The translations under genes and the position numbers were made by a program. Below, one piece after another: positions 26,304 to 37,760 of a DNA stretch of 64,000 nt. Each line of letters starts with the position of its first letter. The stretch's first letter is position 1. Source of the stretch: Glaucostegus cemiculus (lineage: Eukaryota); the NCBI GenBank assembly GCA_976551045.1, contig CDPCPM010000023.1, positions 310,001-374,000 of the forward strand, given 5' to 3'. The notes under the pieces are model-generated. The model was not told the origin of the DNA. It made no database searches and worked only from the letters and a program-made list of their open reading frames with translations.

Positions 26304-28599
26304 GAGACTGTGACGGCCGAAGGAATCAGTCTTTCAATAATGAAATAATTTTTGCAGGAAATTAATAAGTGTCTTCACAACATGACTCTCCAGCAGCACT
26401 GGATCCCATCATTTGTCCATTACACTTACACATGCATGGGTTTTAAAAATATTTATACTTTCTAATTGTATCCATTCACTTACCATGACAATAATTTGTC
26501 TTATCATGCCCACAATACCATTGAAAGTCTCACTAACACTTTATTTGGCATGCTTTGGATCTAATAAATGAAGGATGTTCATTGCAGCTTCATGGGCCTG
26601 CTTTCTCCCTGTGACTGACTGGAGTTGCACTGTGGGAGATGAATGTTCTTTTCCCAATAGCACAATGTTGAGAAGGACAAGCCAAATGATTTGTCCAGCT
26701 TTGTGACCAGATTGTAATAAATTGACAAACATGAAGTTTGACATTCAGCTGGCAGGGCAGCATTCCTTTCTCTGGTGGTGGTATTTCACTAGCTTTCCTA
26801 TCAATAGAAGCACTAGCTCTGTATTATCAACAGAACAATTGCATTTACAGTGTTGTTGATTTAGGTTCAATGAGAAAGTCTGTTCCCACATATATTGACT
26901 TACTCAAAAGAGGTCCTTGATTTTTGTAAGAGAACCTGCACAAGAAACAAAAAATTTCATCAAATCAAGTTAGGACACAGGAAATATTAAAGCAGCAAGA
27001 TCTCTTTTCGTTTAGCAAATTATGGAAATTAAGTGGATCTTGTCTTCTGATCTTTTTCCAGAAACAGGTGCATAACCAAGCAGAAAAAATGGCTTGGACT
27101 AACTTAAAGCAATGCTAGGATCAGATATTTTATGAAAGTAAAAATAGGTTATGGATTTAGAGGGAAATGTATCCTTTTTTACATGGATGTGGCCCTTGCA
27201 ATTGCCACAGAATTTTATTGTAACACTATATTCTCAATAGCTTGCTAAATGCTACACCTCAACGATCGCTGGTATCTACGGCTAAATGAACTATAGATTT
27301 TAAAAAAACTTGTGAAGATGGCCTCAAGTATATTTACTTCTGGTGTCCTGTTCTTCCCTGGTGGAAAATAATGAAAGTATGTCCACTTTTCCTTACCAGG
27401 TAACCCGAGGAACAATTGTGTATAAGGCAGAAATAGTAGTATATTTTGTTTCATTGTTACATGTCCCTGAATCTTTGTGTCAGAGAATTTACACAAAGAC
27501 TAACCTCACTAAGGAGGCAAAATGCTCCCTTGATGTTAATTATTAATCTTTATACTGCACACAAGCATCATCTTAGAATTTTAGCAAATTTTTTTCTCTC
27601 GTAGTTAATTATGTATAAGAGCAGTGGCCTAAAACAGCCTAGGTCCAGATGTATAAAATGTAATGATAGTGGGATATGCCTGTTGAACACATCATGGAGG
27701 TGACTTTAAACTGATCCTGGATTTTTTGGCAAGCTTATAGTTCACTGGTGCCAAATATTTAAATTTGATTTGGAGCTGTGGGTGTTTGTGTATGCATCAA
27801 TGTAAGGGGTCAAAAGAGATTAGGGATGCAGGTAAGGTTAGGGGTCAGGACTGGTCTATTTTCAGACTGGGAGTGTATCAATGTATCAGATTATTTTAAC
27901 AGAGTTTGGAGGATTGACCCTGGTCCTCTGGGACATACAAGTATAAGTGAAATCGATGTTTCATAAGATCACCAGTTAATGTTTGAGAAAGCAAGCATCT
28001 TCTTTAATAAGATAATGTTAAATAGGGTCTAATATAATACATGAGTCCTTGATTTGCATTTTAGGTAGGCTTCGAGCACTTGACTCAGATGAGAGCTTCA
28101 CCTCTGCAGCAACAGATCTTGGGAAGGTGGTGTCTGCCTCACTATCACTGTGAAGCCATGCACTCCCTCTTCCACCCACCCTCAGCCCTCCCCTCCCGCC
28201 ATTTTTTGGGTAGCTGTCTCTGCCAAATATGCTTAAAATTCCTCTCCATGCCTCTTTACACCAGTTGATTGTATGTCACACTGCTGAGCCAACACCACAC
28301 AACAGATTTCTGCAAGACATGAATTACCAGGAACAAGTCATACAATGTAATTTATTTATGTAATGAAACTGCCCAGAATATGGTTAGCTAGAGAGGGCCA
28401 CCTTTGTCCCAAAACAGAATGCCATCCTAGGCCAAAACCTGGGGTATCCAATTCTCTTTTGATTTTCCCACCTCCTTTCACTACATTCCAAATAGTTAAC
28501 GTCTGAAGTGCATCTGACGACTCTTAAACCTCCAATATATTGTCTAATGATTACTCCTTCCCTTGGGTGATAATACATTTTTGTGTTGAATAGCACTTA

Positions 28600-29430
28600 G
28601 AAGAAATACTGAGGTTATCAAGAACTCAGAATGGGTGGAGGAACTGGGTGGAGGAACTTCAGTGTCCATCACTAAGTGTATCTCAGCAGCACCATCACTG
28701 ATCGAGCTGGTCAAGTCCTGAAGGGCGCAGCAGTCAGATTGGGCCTGCAACATTTGGTAAGAGAACCAACACAAGGGAAAAATCTTGGCCTTACCCTCAC
28801 CAGTGTATCCATCACAGATGTCCATGACTTCCTGCCCTCGATGAGACATGTAGGTAACGTGATGAAATATTTCACATCTGCCTAGATGAGTGTGGTTCCA
28901 AGCTCACTCAAGAAGCACTGATCCATCCTGAATAAAAAAATTCATATTAATATCAGCCTTAATCACCTACATTAACACACACTCTCTCCAAGGTAACTTC
29001 AGTCAGTATGCACTATCTACAAAATGCACGGCAGCAAATTTCCCACTAGGCCTCTGTCACCCAGAAGGACAAGGAGAACAGAAACATGAGAGCACCTTTG
29101 CTTTCAAGTTCCTACCCAATTACTCACCATCCTGACTTGGAAGCACATTGTTTCATAACTGGTGTAGAATCTTTGAACTTCCCTGGAACAGCTCACCGAG
29201 AGTGCCTTCACTGCAAAATCCACACAAGTTCGAGTAGGCAACTACCTAACTTCTTCTCAAAAGTATTGGTATTGGTATCGGTTTATTATTGTCACTTGTA
29301 CTGAGGTACAGTGAAAAACTTGTCTTGCATACCGATCGTACAGGCCAATTCATTACACAGTGCAGTTACACTGAGTTAGTACAGAATGCATTGAGGTAGT
29401 AATTACAGAATGGCATTAAATGCAGTCTTT
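28600..29430 (+). mobile_element. Internally deleted CR1/L2-group LINE (endonuclease fragment joined to the 3' end)
   Basis: ORF 28676..28885 (TDRAGQVLK..LGLQHLVREPTQGKN) is APE-endonuclease-like. It is followed almost directly by C-terminal-type sequence (VMKYFTSA*MS) and the 3' tail. Confidence 0.6.
29263..29400 (-). mobile_element. Short Rex1-like 3' tail inserted in the LINE tail
   Basis: (gtattg)n tail plus gtttattattgtcacttgtactgaggtacagtgaaaaacttgtcttgcatacc, nearly identical to 15715-15770. Confidence 0.75.
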
Positions 29431-30696
29431 TAAAATTTAAGCACAGTCAGGGAGCTTTGAGATATCAATAGAAAGAGTTAATAGATTGATATCAAATGCT
29501 TCATGGGACACATCTGCTGGATTTAAGAAAAATGTTTTGTTTATGGAGGGAACTCTTCCTCAGTTGAATTGTGAAAGCATCAGAGTCAATCAACATTTTG
29601 TGTTTTCCTGCTAGGTCATAGAGTATATATTTAAAACTGTCCAGAGATTGAATATGATATTGAGTCCATAATAGATCTAATTATATGTGATATGAAAAGA
29701 ATGGATTTGATGAGGTCAGATGAATTCTTAGCTCTGTGTTTTCATAAGGAAGTACGCATGGTGAGGAAGAGTTTGGAGCAACTTCAAAGTCATACACTTG
29801 TGTCACATAAATTACTGACACTTGGAGCAAAATTATTCTCATAATTCAAATGCTTTCTATACATTTATTGAAATTCCATTTAAAAAGTTGATAATTTATT
29901 TGAGCAATTGAAGTCACGTTACAATTGTAAGAATTGCTTCAGGCAAATACATTCTGGAAAGGCTAGTCTGAAAGTTGCTTGGTGTAATTATCATTATCAG
30001 ACAACTCAAACTACTTATCCAGTTGATTAGTTTTAAATTATAACTTAATTCTGCAGAAAAGATGTTTATGGGAATTTAAATTTGCTGGCTTTTTGAGGGG
30101 CACAACCGTGGTTCCATAATGATGTGGGGTGAACATGTCCATGTACATCTATTACACACAGTATGGCCTTTTTTAGATAATTAATGGGCTGCCCATACCC
30201 TGGTTGAAATCTCTACTTCACTTGTTCTTCATTCCTCTGTTCTACAACGAATATTATTCATAAGGAATTAGAATATTTTTGCATTTGTACTGCTTGAGAT
30301 TTTGAATTTAGCCATCTGCAGCTTATATAATACTTAGCATTTGCATTTCATTATGCAGTACTTTAGCCATTGCAGCAGCTCACAATTTCATTTTAATTGA
30401 AATGAAAGACAAATTAAGTCCAAGTTCAGAGTCTAAAGATGACACCGTGAATTCACTGAGAACCACGGCTTAATTAATTACATTTTAAAGGGGTAAAGGT
30501 TAGTTTAACGATAGAAAACTGTTAAACTATTTGCTGCTTCTCTATGCAGAATAAGGATTATTCTATGTGGAATGTCAGTGATGTGGAAAATAAGGAAAGA
30601 TCATCATCTCTTTATTGGGCCAGATTGTGCTAGACCTAGCTTGCATATGCTTTCCTTGCATGCCCTACTCACCAGCTCCTGATGTGGAAGGCCAAT

Positions 30697-31565
30697 CACA
30701 AGAACACAAGAAAATACCAGCAGGAGCAGGGTGCCCAGATCCTGTAGCCTGCTCCACCATTCAAAATGATCATGGTTGATCCATGCTGTCCTCAACTCAT
30801 CTTCTGTGGCAATTCCCCACAACCCTCAGTTCTTTGAACTTTTAAATATTTATCTATCACTGCCTTAAATGTATCTAATGAGAATTCCAAAGGTTCACTA
30901 CCCTCAGGAAAAATTCCCTCACACCTTTGTTTTAAATGACCGACCCCTTATATTGCAGCTATGTCCTCTTGTTTATGATTCTACCACTGGTGAAAACATC
31001 TCAACATTTACCCTGTCAAGCCATGAGGATCTTATATATTTGAATAAGGTCACTCCATCATTCTTCTATAGTCCAAAGGATACAGACCCAAACTGTTAGC
31101 CTCTTTTTACAGAGCCATGCTCTTATCCTAGGAATTAGCCATGGTGAATCTCCTTTGGGCTGCCTCCGATGTTACTCTATCTTTTTTAGGCAAGGGGAAT
31201 AAAATTGTGCACAGTATATCAAGTGTGGCCTCACTAATATCCTGTACAACTGTAACAAAACTTCCCTATTCTTAAATTCCAACCCCTTTGCAATAAAGGC
31301 CAACATGTCATTTCCCTTATTAACTTATTGGACCTGCTTGCCTGATTTAGGCACTAGAACATCTAAATCCCCTGAACTTCATTAATTTTCATCCTCTCTC
31401 CATTTAGGTAATAATCTGCCTTTTGATTCCTCTTACCAAACTGCATGATCTCACACTTCCCCACATTAAACATCATTTGCCAGGTTTTCGCCCAATCACC
31501 CTATCTGCCTACATCCCACTGGAGAATTGCCACGTTATCATCATGACACATCCTTCCACCTATTT
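30697..31565 (-). mobile_element. 5'-truncated CR1 LINE
   Basis: cacaagaacacaagaa tail, ggagcagg...ctgctccaccattc, and ccccacattaaac...ttgccaggttttcgccca (reverse of the W...FNV.KCE motif). Confidence 0.8.
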
Positions 31566-33689
31566 TAATGCAGGCTTTCCTTACTCTTTGCTTTGCGTGG
31601 TGAGGTATCTATCACCTAAGGCCAAGGTGCTGTAGTTAGAAACCCAATCACTGGAGTGCCCCAGACAAGCTTTGATAGAAGATGAATCAGCAGCAGAGCT
31701 TTGTCTGTTGTTAAGGAATTTAACATTTCTTAATGCTTTGGACAATAAAGCAAAGTAATTAAATCAATAGTAATTAATAATTAAACCCACTTTAGTCTGA
31801 CCAGATTTAGGAAACAATATTAAGATCTGTCTTTGGAATCCATGGAACAAGCAGACTGTATTGGCATTCACAGTGTTATCTATCACTCAAATATTCAGAC
31901 TCCTGTGTGGCAGTGCCTGCATGTAAATCCAAGACATAAGTTTCAATGGCTGCAAGTCAGTGATTTCCACTGGAACTGCTGACTGCAGTCCAGTAAGTTC
32001 CCATTCCATTATTTATCCCAAACACGTTAGAAACAGTTTTGTATTCATTGCTATAGAGTCAAATTAACTTGATGAATGTGCTGTCAGGGACAATCACTTG
32101 GTTGCCATTGCATTTACAGTTTCACAGAGTTGCAGTTGCCTTTTGCACACATCAATAGCAGAATTTAAAATTCCAGAGCCTGACTTGGTCACCATTGAAC
32201 TTCCAGGAACACTGGGCAGAAGGAACATAGATGATTAGGCACTCTAGACAGCTTGCATCACTTTCTGACAGCACAAAGAAGCATTGGCTGATGGCTGACA
32301 TGTTGGTTTTACCCTGTGCATAGTGTACAGAGTGAGGTAAGGGGACCAACATATTCATACCATAGGAAAGGTAATGAGCTTAACCACAGCATGGGAAGGC
32401 AGGCCTCCAAGTGAGCTAGGAGGACAGAAGAATTAAAAGTTCAAGTTATGCGATACTTTCAGTCAACTAAAATTGTTTAGATAAACGAGGGCACTTTATT
32501 AAGAATTTTGCAGTATCTTCAAGCATCCCAATGCACTGCCAGCATAGCTGCCAGGATACAGTGGACTGAGAGCAGTTGCTGGGGCAAAAACAATGGGAGC
32601 AAAAGAAATGGATGAAATCAAAGCAAAATGGGAAAAAAATGAAAATTGTTAATGAACAGATTAAAGAATCAATTCACAGAATCAATTACAAACAAATCTA
32701 AAGGATATAAGTTAACTAAAAACGTTAATATCCATGAAAATAAAATTACAAAATAACAAATCACTGCCCTTCTCTTTTACAGTGAAGCTTAGTAAACTCA
32801 TTGGATGAATGGAGTTGTGTTACTGAGCTGCCTGTTACAAAGTGTAGCCAACCCCTCAGCTCAGTATGTTACTTAATACAGTACCTGAAGCAAGAGATCA
32901 GATGAGCTCAAATTTGATCTCCAGCATCTTTTGTGTACCTGCACTACATTGTTCAGGCACCAAATTCTGGAGCATACTGATGCTCACAGTGCAGCCAGAA
33001 GGTGGTTGTCCAGAGAATCACTGTCTGTCAGTGCAGACCAGCCCAAATTAAACATTTCTTTCTTTAGGGAGCTTTGCCTTGTAGATTAGTCATCAATTCT
33101 AGTCGCTATTTAATTCAATATTTTTAGTTGTTCATCTAGTTTGCAAATTGGTTTTGGCTGTTTATATATCTCTAAACTATTCTTGCTTATCTGTAAGAAC
33201 CTATTGTTGTGTTTGTGCTAATGGTTTCTGATAATTTCTAATGTGTTGCCTATATTTGATACAACTTTATCTCATAGAATGCGCACAGGAGATGTTTGCA
33301 TCCATACACTCTTGTTCTCCTGTGGTCTCCTAGGAATTTCCCAAAACTCTTGTTTCCTCATTTGACAAATCCTCCTTCAACAACATTATCAATACTATAT
33401 GGGACATGCTTCCTTGTGTTTGTTGATAGGTCTCTCTGTGACTGCCTGTACTGTACTATCAGGTTGGTCACCTGCAGTCGAGTTAAATCATGAAGGAACT
33501 AGAATGCTTTTCATTGAAACATTTGGCAAAAATAAAGGTATGTTTGGCTTCCCAAACATCTGTAGCCTTGCTCTCAACTCCATTGTCCTGTGTCGCTTGC
33601 TTTTTAAAGCATAAGTTCAACCATAAGCTGAGCTTCAAGTCCAACATTGTGTCAAGAATGCTTCCATCCAGCTCAGTAACTTGAGGTAC

Positions 33690-34080
33690 ATTCAACCTTG
33701 GCTCAGCCATATGTTACTGATATGTGCCTTTGTTATTTTTAACTTACTGCACTCTTTACCTGTGCCTCAAGCTCCATCCTCCGTAAACTCCTTGCCCTCT
33801 CTCCTGGATGGTATGGCACTGGCCCTGCCTGATTCGCTTCCTATCTTCCAAACCACTTTATTCAAAATCCATATTGTTGCTTACTAATAGTTCCACAGCT
33901 TCAGAAGGCCTTTTTCTTCATCCTTTTCCAGCCTTACATTCCAGCTTCTCTGGTTGATACCCCTCTTCTTTCACATTAATATATTGGTACCATGGCCTTT
34001 GGCTGCCTTGACTTTACTGCCTGGAAGATTTTCACTGATCCTCTCTCTTGCTGTTTGTTTTGCCACTTTTTAACGCTTAT
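33690..34080 (+). mobile_element. Highly degraded L2-like 3' fragment
   Basis: ctggccctgcc..ttcaaaatcc..ggccttt..ctgcc..ctggaa resembles L2 C-terminal/3' sequence. Weak match. Confidence 0.35.
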
Positions 34081-37000
34081 TGCTAATATTTTTGCTATCA
34101 TCTCTCTCAATTTTTCTAATGCTTCTTATTGGCTTATATAGAGCAAAGGTCAATTGAGAGTGAAATTGCAGTGAAGTCTTTATGCATAGATTTTTTTAAT
34201 TATTGTGGCTGTATTCTTAAAAAATGTGAAGTTCTATCCCATGGGATAAACGAGGACATGAGAGTCCTAAGCAGCCCATTCAGTGCTGGTGGCTTGCACT
34301 GAAACTTGCGCCCACAGTGAAATACTTTTCCTTAGGTAAGGATCTTAGAAGCATGAATGATTCTGTAAGATGTTAAGTGGAAATTCTTAGCTTTTTTCAG
34401 AGTATTTATTTCAGATTAGAACAGTGTCCTGGGACTTGTAGCTAAGTTGGAATGTTAGTTTCTGTACATGTACCAACCTGAAAATTCATGGACTCAAAAC
34501 CTGTATCACCGTTGTTATTTTTTAAAATAATTTTTAAATGACCTGATGTCAAGAAAGGTAGTTTACAATTGTGTTGGGATCTTATATATTTACACATATC
34601 ATTGCAAGCTGCACTGAACTCTGAAGAACAGCATCTGATAAACCTTGCACTCCAGAACTTGATAGCCAATGAATAAGAGGATTTGTATGAATTTAGGGTG
34701 ATCCTGGTACAAGACCTTAACACAGTAATTCTGATTTCTGTGTTAACTATTTCACATGCTGCTGGATTTACACAAAAGGTCTGCAATGTAATTTGTGTGA
34801 CCATTGATATTAACTTTATTATATTATAGCTAATCCAAGTGCATAATTGTCACTCTGTGCCATATTTATCCCCTTGATCAATCTTAGTGCTGCTTTGTGA
34901 TCTGTTCTCATATCTGTGCCGTTGTAAGCAGCACTAGCAACTAACAACAAGTTCATCCTGGCTGGAGGAATGTCGCATTATTTTCACAACTAAAATTTGA
35001 TACATGGGCATCCTCTGGATGAAATGTTGATTTGGGAGTGGGTCAGCGAAGTTTATTTCACCTTAAGCTTTGGAGATTATAAGAAGATTATAAGAAGATT
35101 TGTGACTGCAAAAGTTAGATTTGCTCATCAATAATTGGCACTTTAAAATAATAAAATAATACTTTATGTTGCAGCTGTGACTGAAATATGGCTTTACAGT
35201 TCTCTTAATTTTATAACCATGTATTGGAATTGAAATAACCTTCACCTTGAGGTCTCAGTGGGCCAACTGTTATGTGCTTACATCATACCACTCATTGATT
35301 AAGTGTACTCTGTTGCACGCTGTAGCTTTATAGACTCTGCTTACTGCTGATCTCTATGAAAAGTGACATTAAAGGTGCCAGTATGTGATAATGCAGATAT
35401 TTTGATTATCTCTTACACTTGTTAGGATGATGTTAGGCAATTGAGGAGCTGTGTTAGAAGTGAAAGGAAAGAAGCATTTCCACAAACTATGTGCCAAATT
35501 TGCAAAATATTAATTAAAAATCAGTATTTATGTTTGAAAAAATATCTGAGCAATGCAGTTCTTACTTAGTCAACTGGTGGATTGTTTCCTGTTGTACTTA
35601 GAGCAATGATGTAATGAGTTTTTGATCTTTATAGTTTAATATTTAATTCTTTTAGTTTAACATATTCACACTTCCAATATGGGAAGTACACTGTTGGTCC
35701 ATTCTGCACTGATAAGCCCCTACAAGCACAAAACCAAATAATAAAAAAAGGACTTTTCACATGCTTAGGGTGGTAGAATGAGTTCTGCTCTGTCTCCCTG
35801 CTGCAAGACATTTTATGATGTTTATCTTAAACATTTGGAAATTAATTGCCAGTTACTATTGACCCATAGCACAAAACTGCCCTAATGTAACATTAATTGG
35901 TAATTTTATTGAGATCACAGAATGGCTGATGTGAGAAATGAAAAAGTTGAGGCAATAGAGATGCAATTGGGTTTTGTTGACTGAGTTTCACTTTGGATAC
36001 AATGAAGTTCCACCAAACCTGAGAGCACACAATGCCTGGAATGGAAAGTATTCCATTTCCGATCACTTATGTCCTCGTCCACAGTGAGTACAGAATTCAT
36101 GGGTTGAAATTTTCTGTGTTCTTTTTTTATTAAAATTCTAACAGTTATTACTAAACTTAATATATTCTTAGTTTTCATCTTGTCAAGTGAACTGGGATTT
36201 TATATGCACCTTTCACCCAGTCTTGTTTTAAAAAGGAATGGTTTTCTTGAACATTCTGGGTAGCCCAAGTAACTCGGTGTTAAAATTTGACAATCAACAT
36301 TGTTCAATAATGATAACAGTGTAAAGCTTCCTAACTAATTTGTGTGAATAACCAAGCAGAAGAGACTATACCCAATTCAAGCCCAGTGGCATTAGTTAAA
36401 ACAAGATAGTGCCCTGCCGGGAAATCTCTTCCCATGAGCAAATAAAGGTCCTTCTCTAATAAGTACTTAAGCTGGTCATACAGAAGAAAGAGACTGCAAG
36501 TTCAATCATTGACTTTTTGTAAACCTTATATCTTTCACAGGTATTAAAAGGCCTTTGAAAAATAAGGGACTGACAGTCATTTTCTTTGTAAACAAATGCT
36601 ATTTTCATTAATAGGAAATTAAAGGTCAAATGCCCTCTGAAAAACAGCATTGTTAACTCTCTCTCTCACTCTTTCTTTCTCTCTAATTTATAATCTATTG
36701 TCATTGCTTTCTTTGTATAGCCACACTAAGGATATTAAGACTTGAGAAGTTTTAATCTTGCCCTAATTTCATGAGTTTTCTCTCTAAGTGTAACATTAAC
36801 ACTGATGCCATGACATTGTACAGAAAAGCCACATGCTTGAGGTATCTGATGGCAAGAACGTGGAATCATAAGGTTTTTGAGACACATTGGTTTCTATTGC
36901 CATACCTGTGTAGAAAAATGTGTTTAACAAGCAATTCTTGCAAATAAATGTTTGTGACTCCTAGGATCACCTGTCTAACACCCTAACAATTTTGATCCTG

Positions 37001-37397
37001 ATGCTGGTGTTGCTTCCTACTGCCTACCAGAAACAGTTTTCTTTCTAGTAAACCTGAGCTCCATATACCTCAAAGTGCTTCTTTGTTGAACTTTGCTCGC
37101 TTGCTGTTTTCCAATAACCAGAGCAATTCTAATGCATCACGATGAGGGCAAAAGCAAGAATAAGTTAAATTGAAATCCGAGTTGGTAATGCTGTATTGTA
37201 ATTGTGTGGTGGTGAGGAAATGATAACTACCTGTCAGTAACGATGTGTTAATGATCTATGAGCCCGAAGCCAGGCGTCCAACACACTCGAGACGCATTGC
37301 TGGACTTCACTGCAGGTTGGCTAACTCTGCTTTGCTTTTTGTTTTCTCCCTTTACTCTATCTTTCCGCTCTTTTCTTCTGCCCCACTGTTCTGTTAG

Positions 37398-37760
37398 CTT
37401 GGATGAGCCGTCCTTGTCAGCAGCCTCCACGTTAGAACACATATCCACACCGCCGGCCGACCAACAGTCGAAATGCCCGCGACCTCGGACGCTGCAGAGG
37501 CAGCAGAGCCTCCAGCAGCCGCTGCAGCAGCATAGACCTGCCCACCACCAGCCCACCACCAGCCAGAGCCTTGGGCAGCTTCAGTTTCAACAGCAGACGA
37601 CCTCTGGCAGCAGGTCTCCCTACAGAGCCCAGCACAGGGCAGGCAGTACAGCGGGCTCACGCAGTCGCACAGCCGGTGGCCGCAGTCGCTCCAACCCTGG
37701 GAGCTGGGATTACGTCATGGGACAGCTCCGTAATCGAGGGTTAGATATGAAGTCTTTTCT
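37398..37760 (+). CDS. SYT7: SYT7 linker cassette exon C (363 nt, 121 codons, phase 2-2)
   Basis: CTAAC branch candidate at 37321, long pyrimidine tract, ttag|CTTGGAT...TTTCT|gtaagt. Translates LDEPSLSAASTLEHI...RPRTLQRQQSLQQPL...PTTSQSLGQLQ...GGRSRSNPGSWDYVMGQLRNRGLDMKSF, matching long SYT7 isoforms. Confidence 0.95.

Noticed and set aside
37311-37320. tgcag|g as an alternative acceptor extending exon C
   Set aside because: It would be phase 1, incompatible with the phase-2 upstream exons, and it lacks a good pyrimidine tract.
37248-37660. Antisense ORFs over exon C (and 26022-26263 over exon B)
   Set aside because: These are shadows of GC-rich coding sequence.
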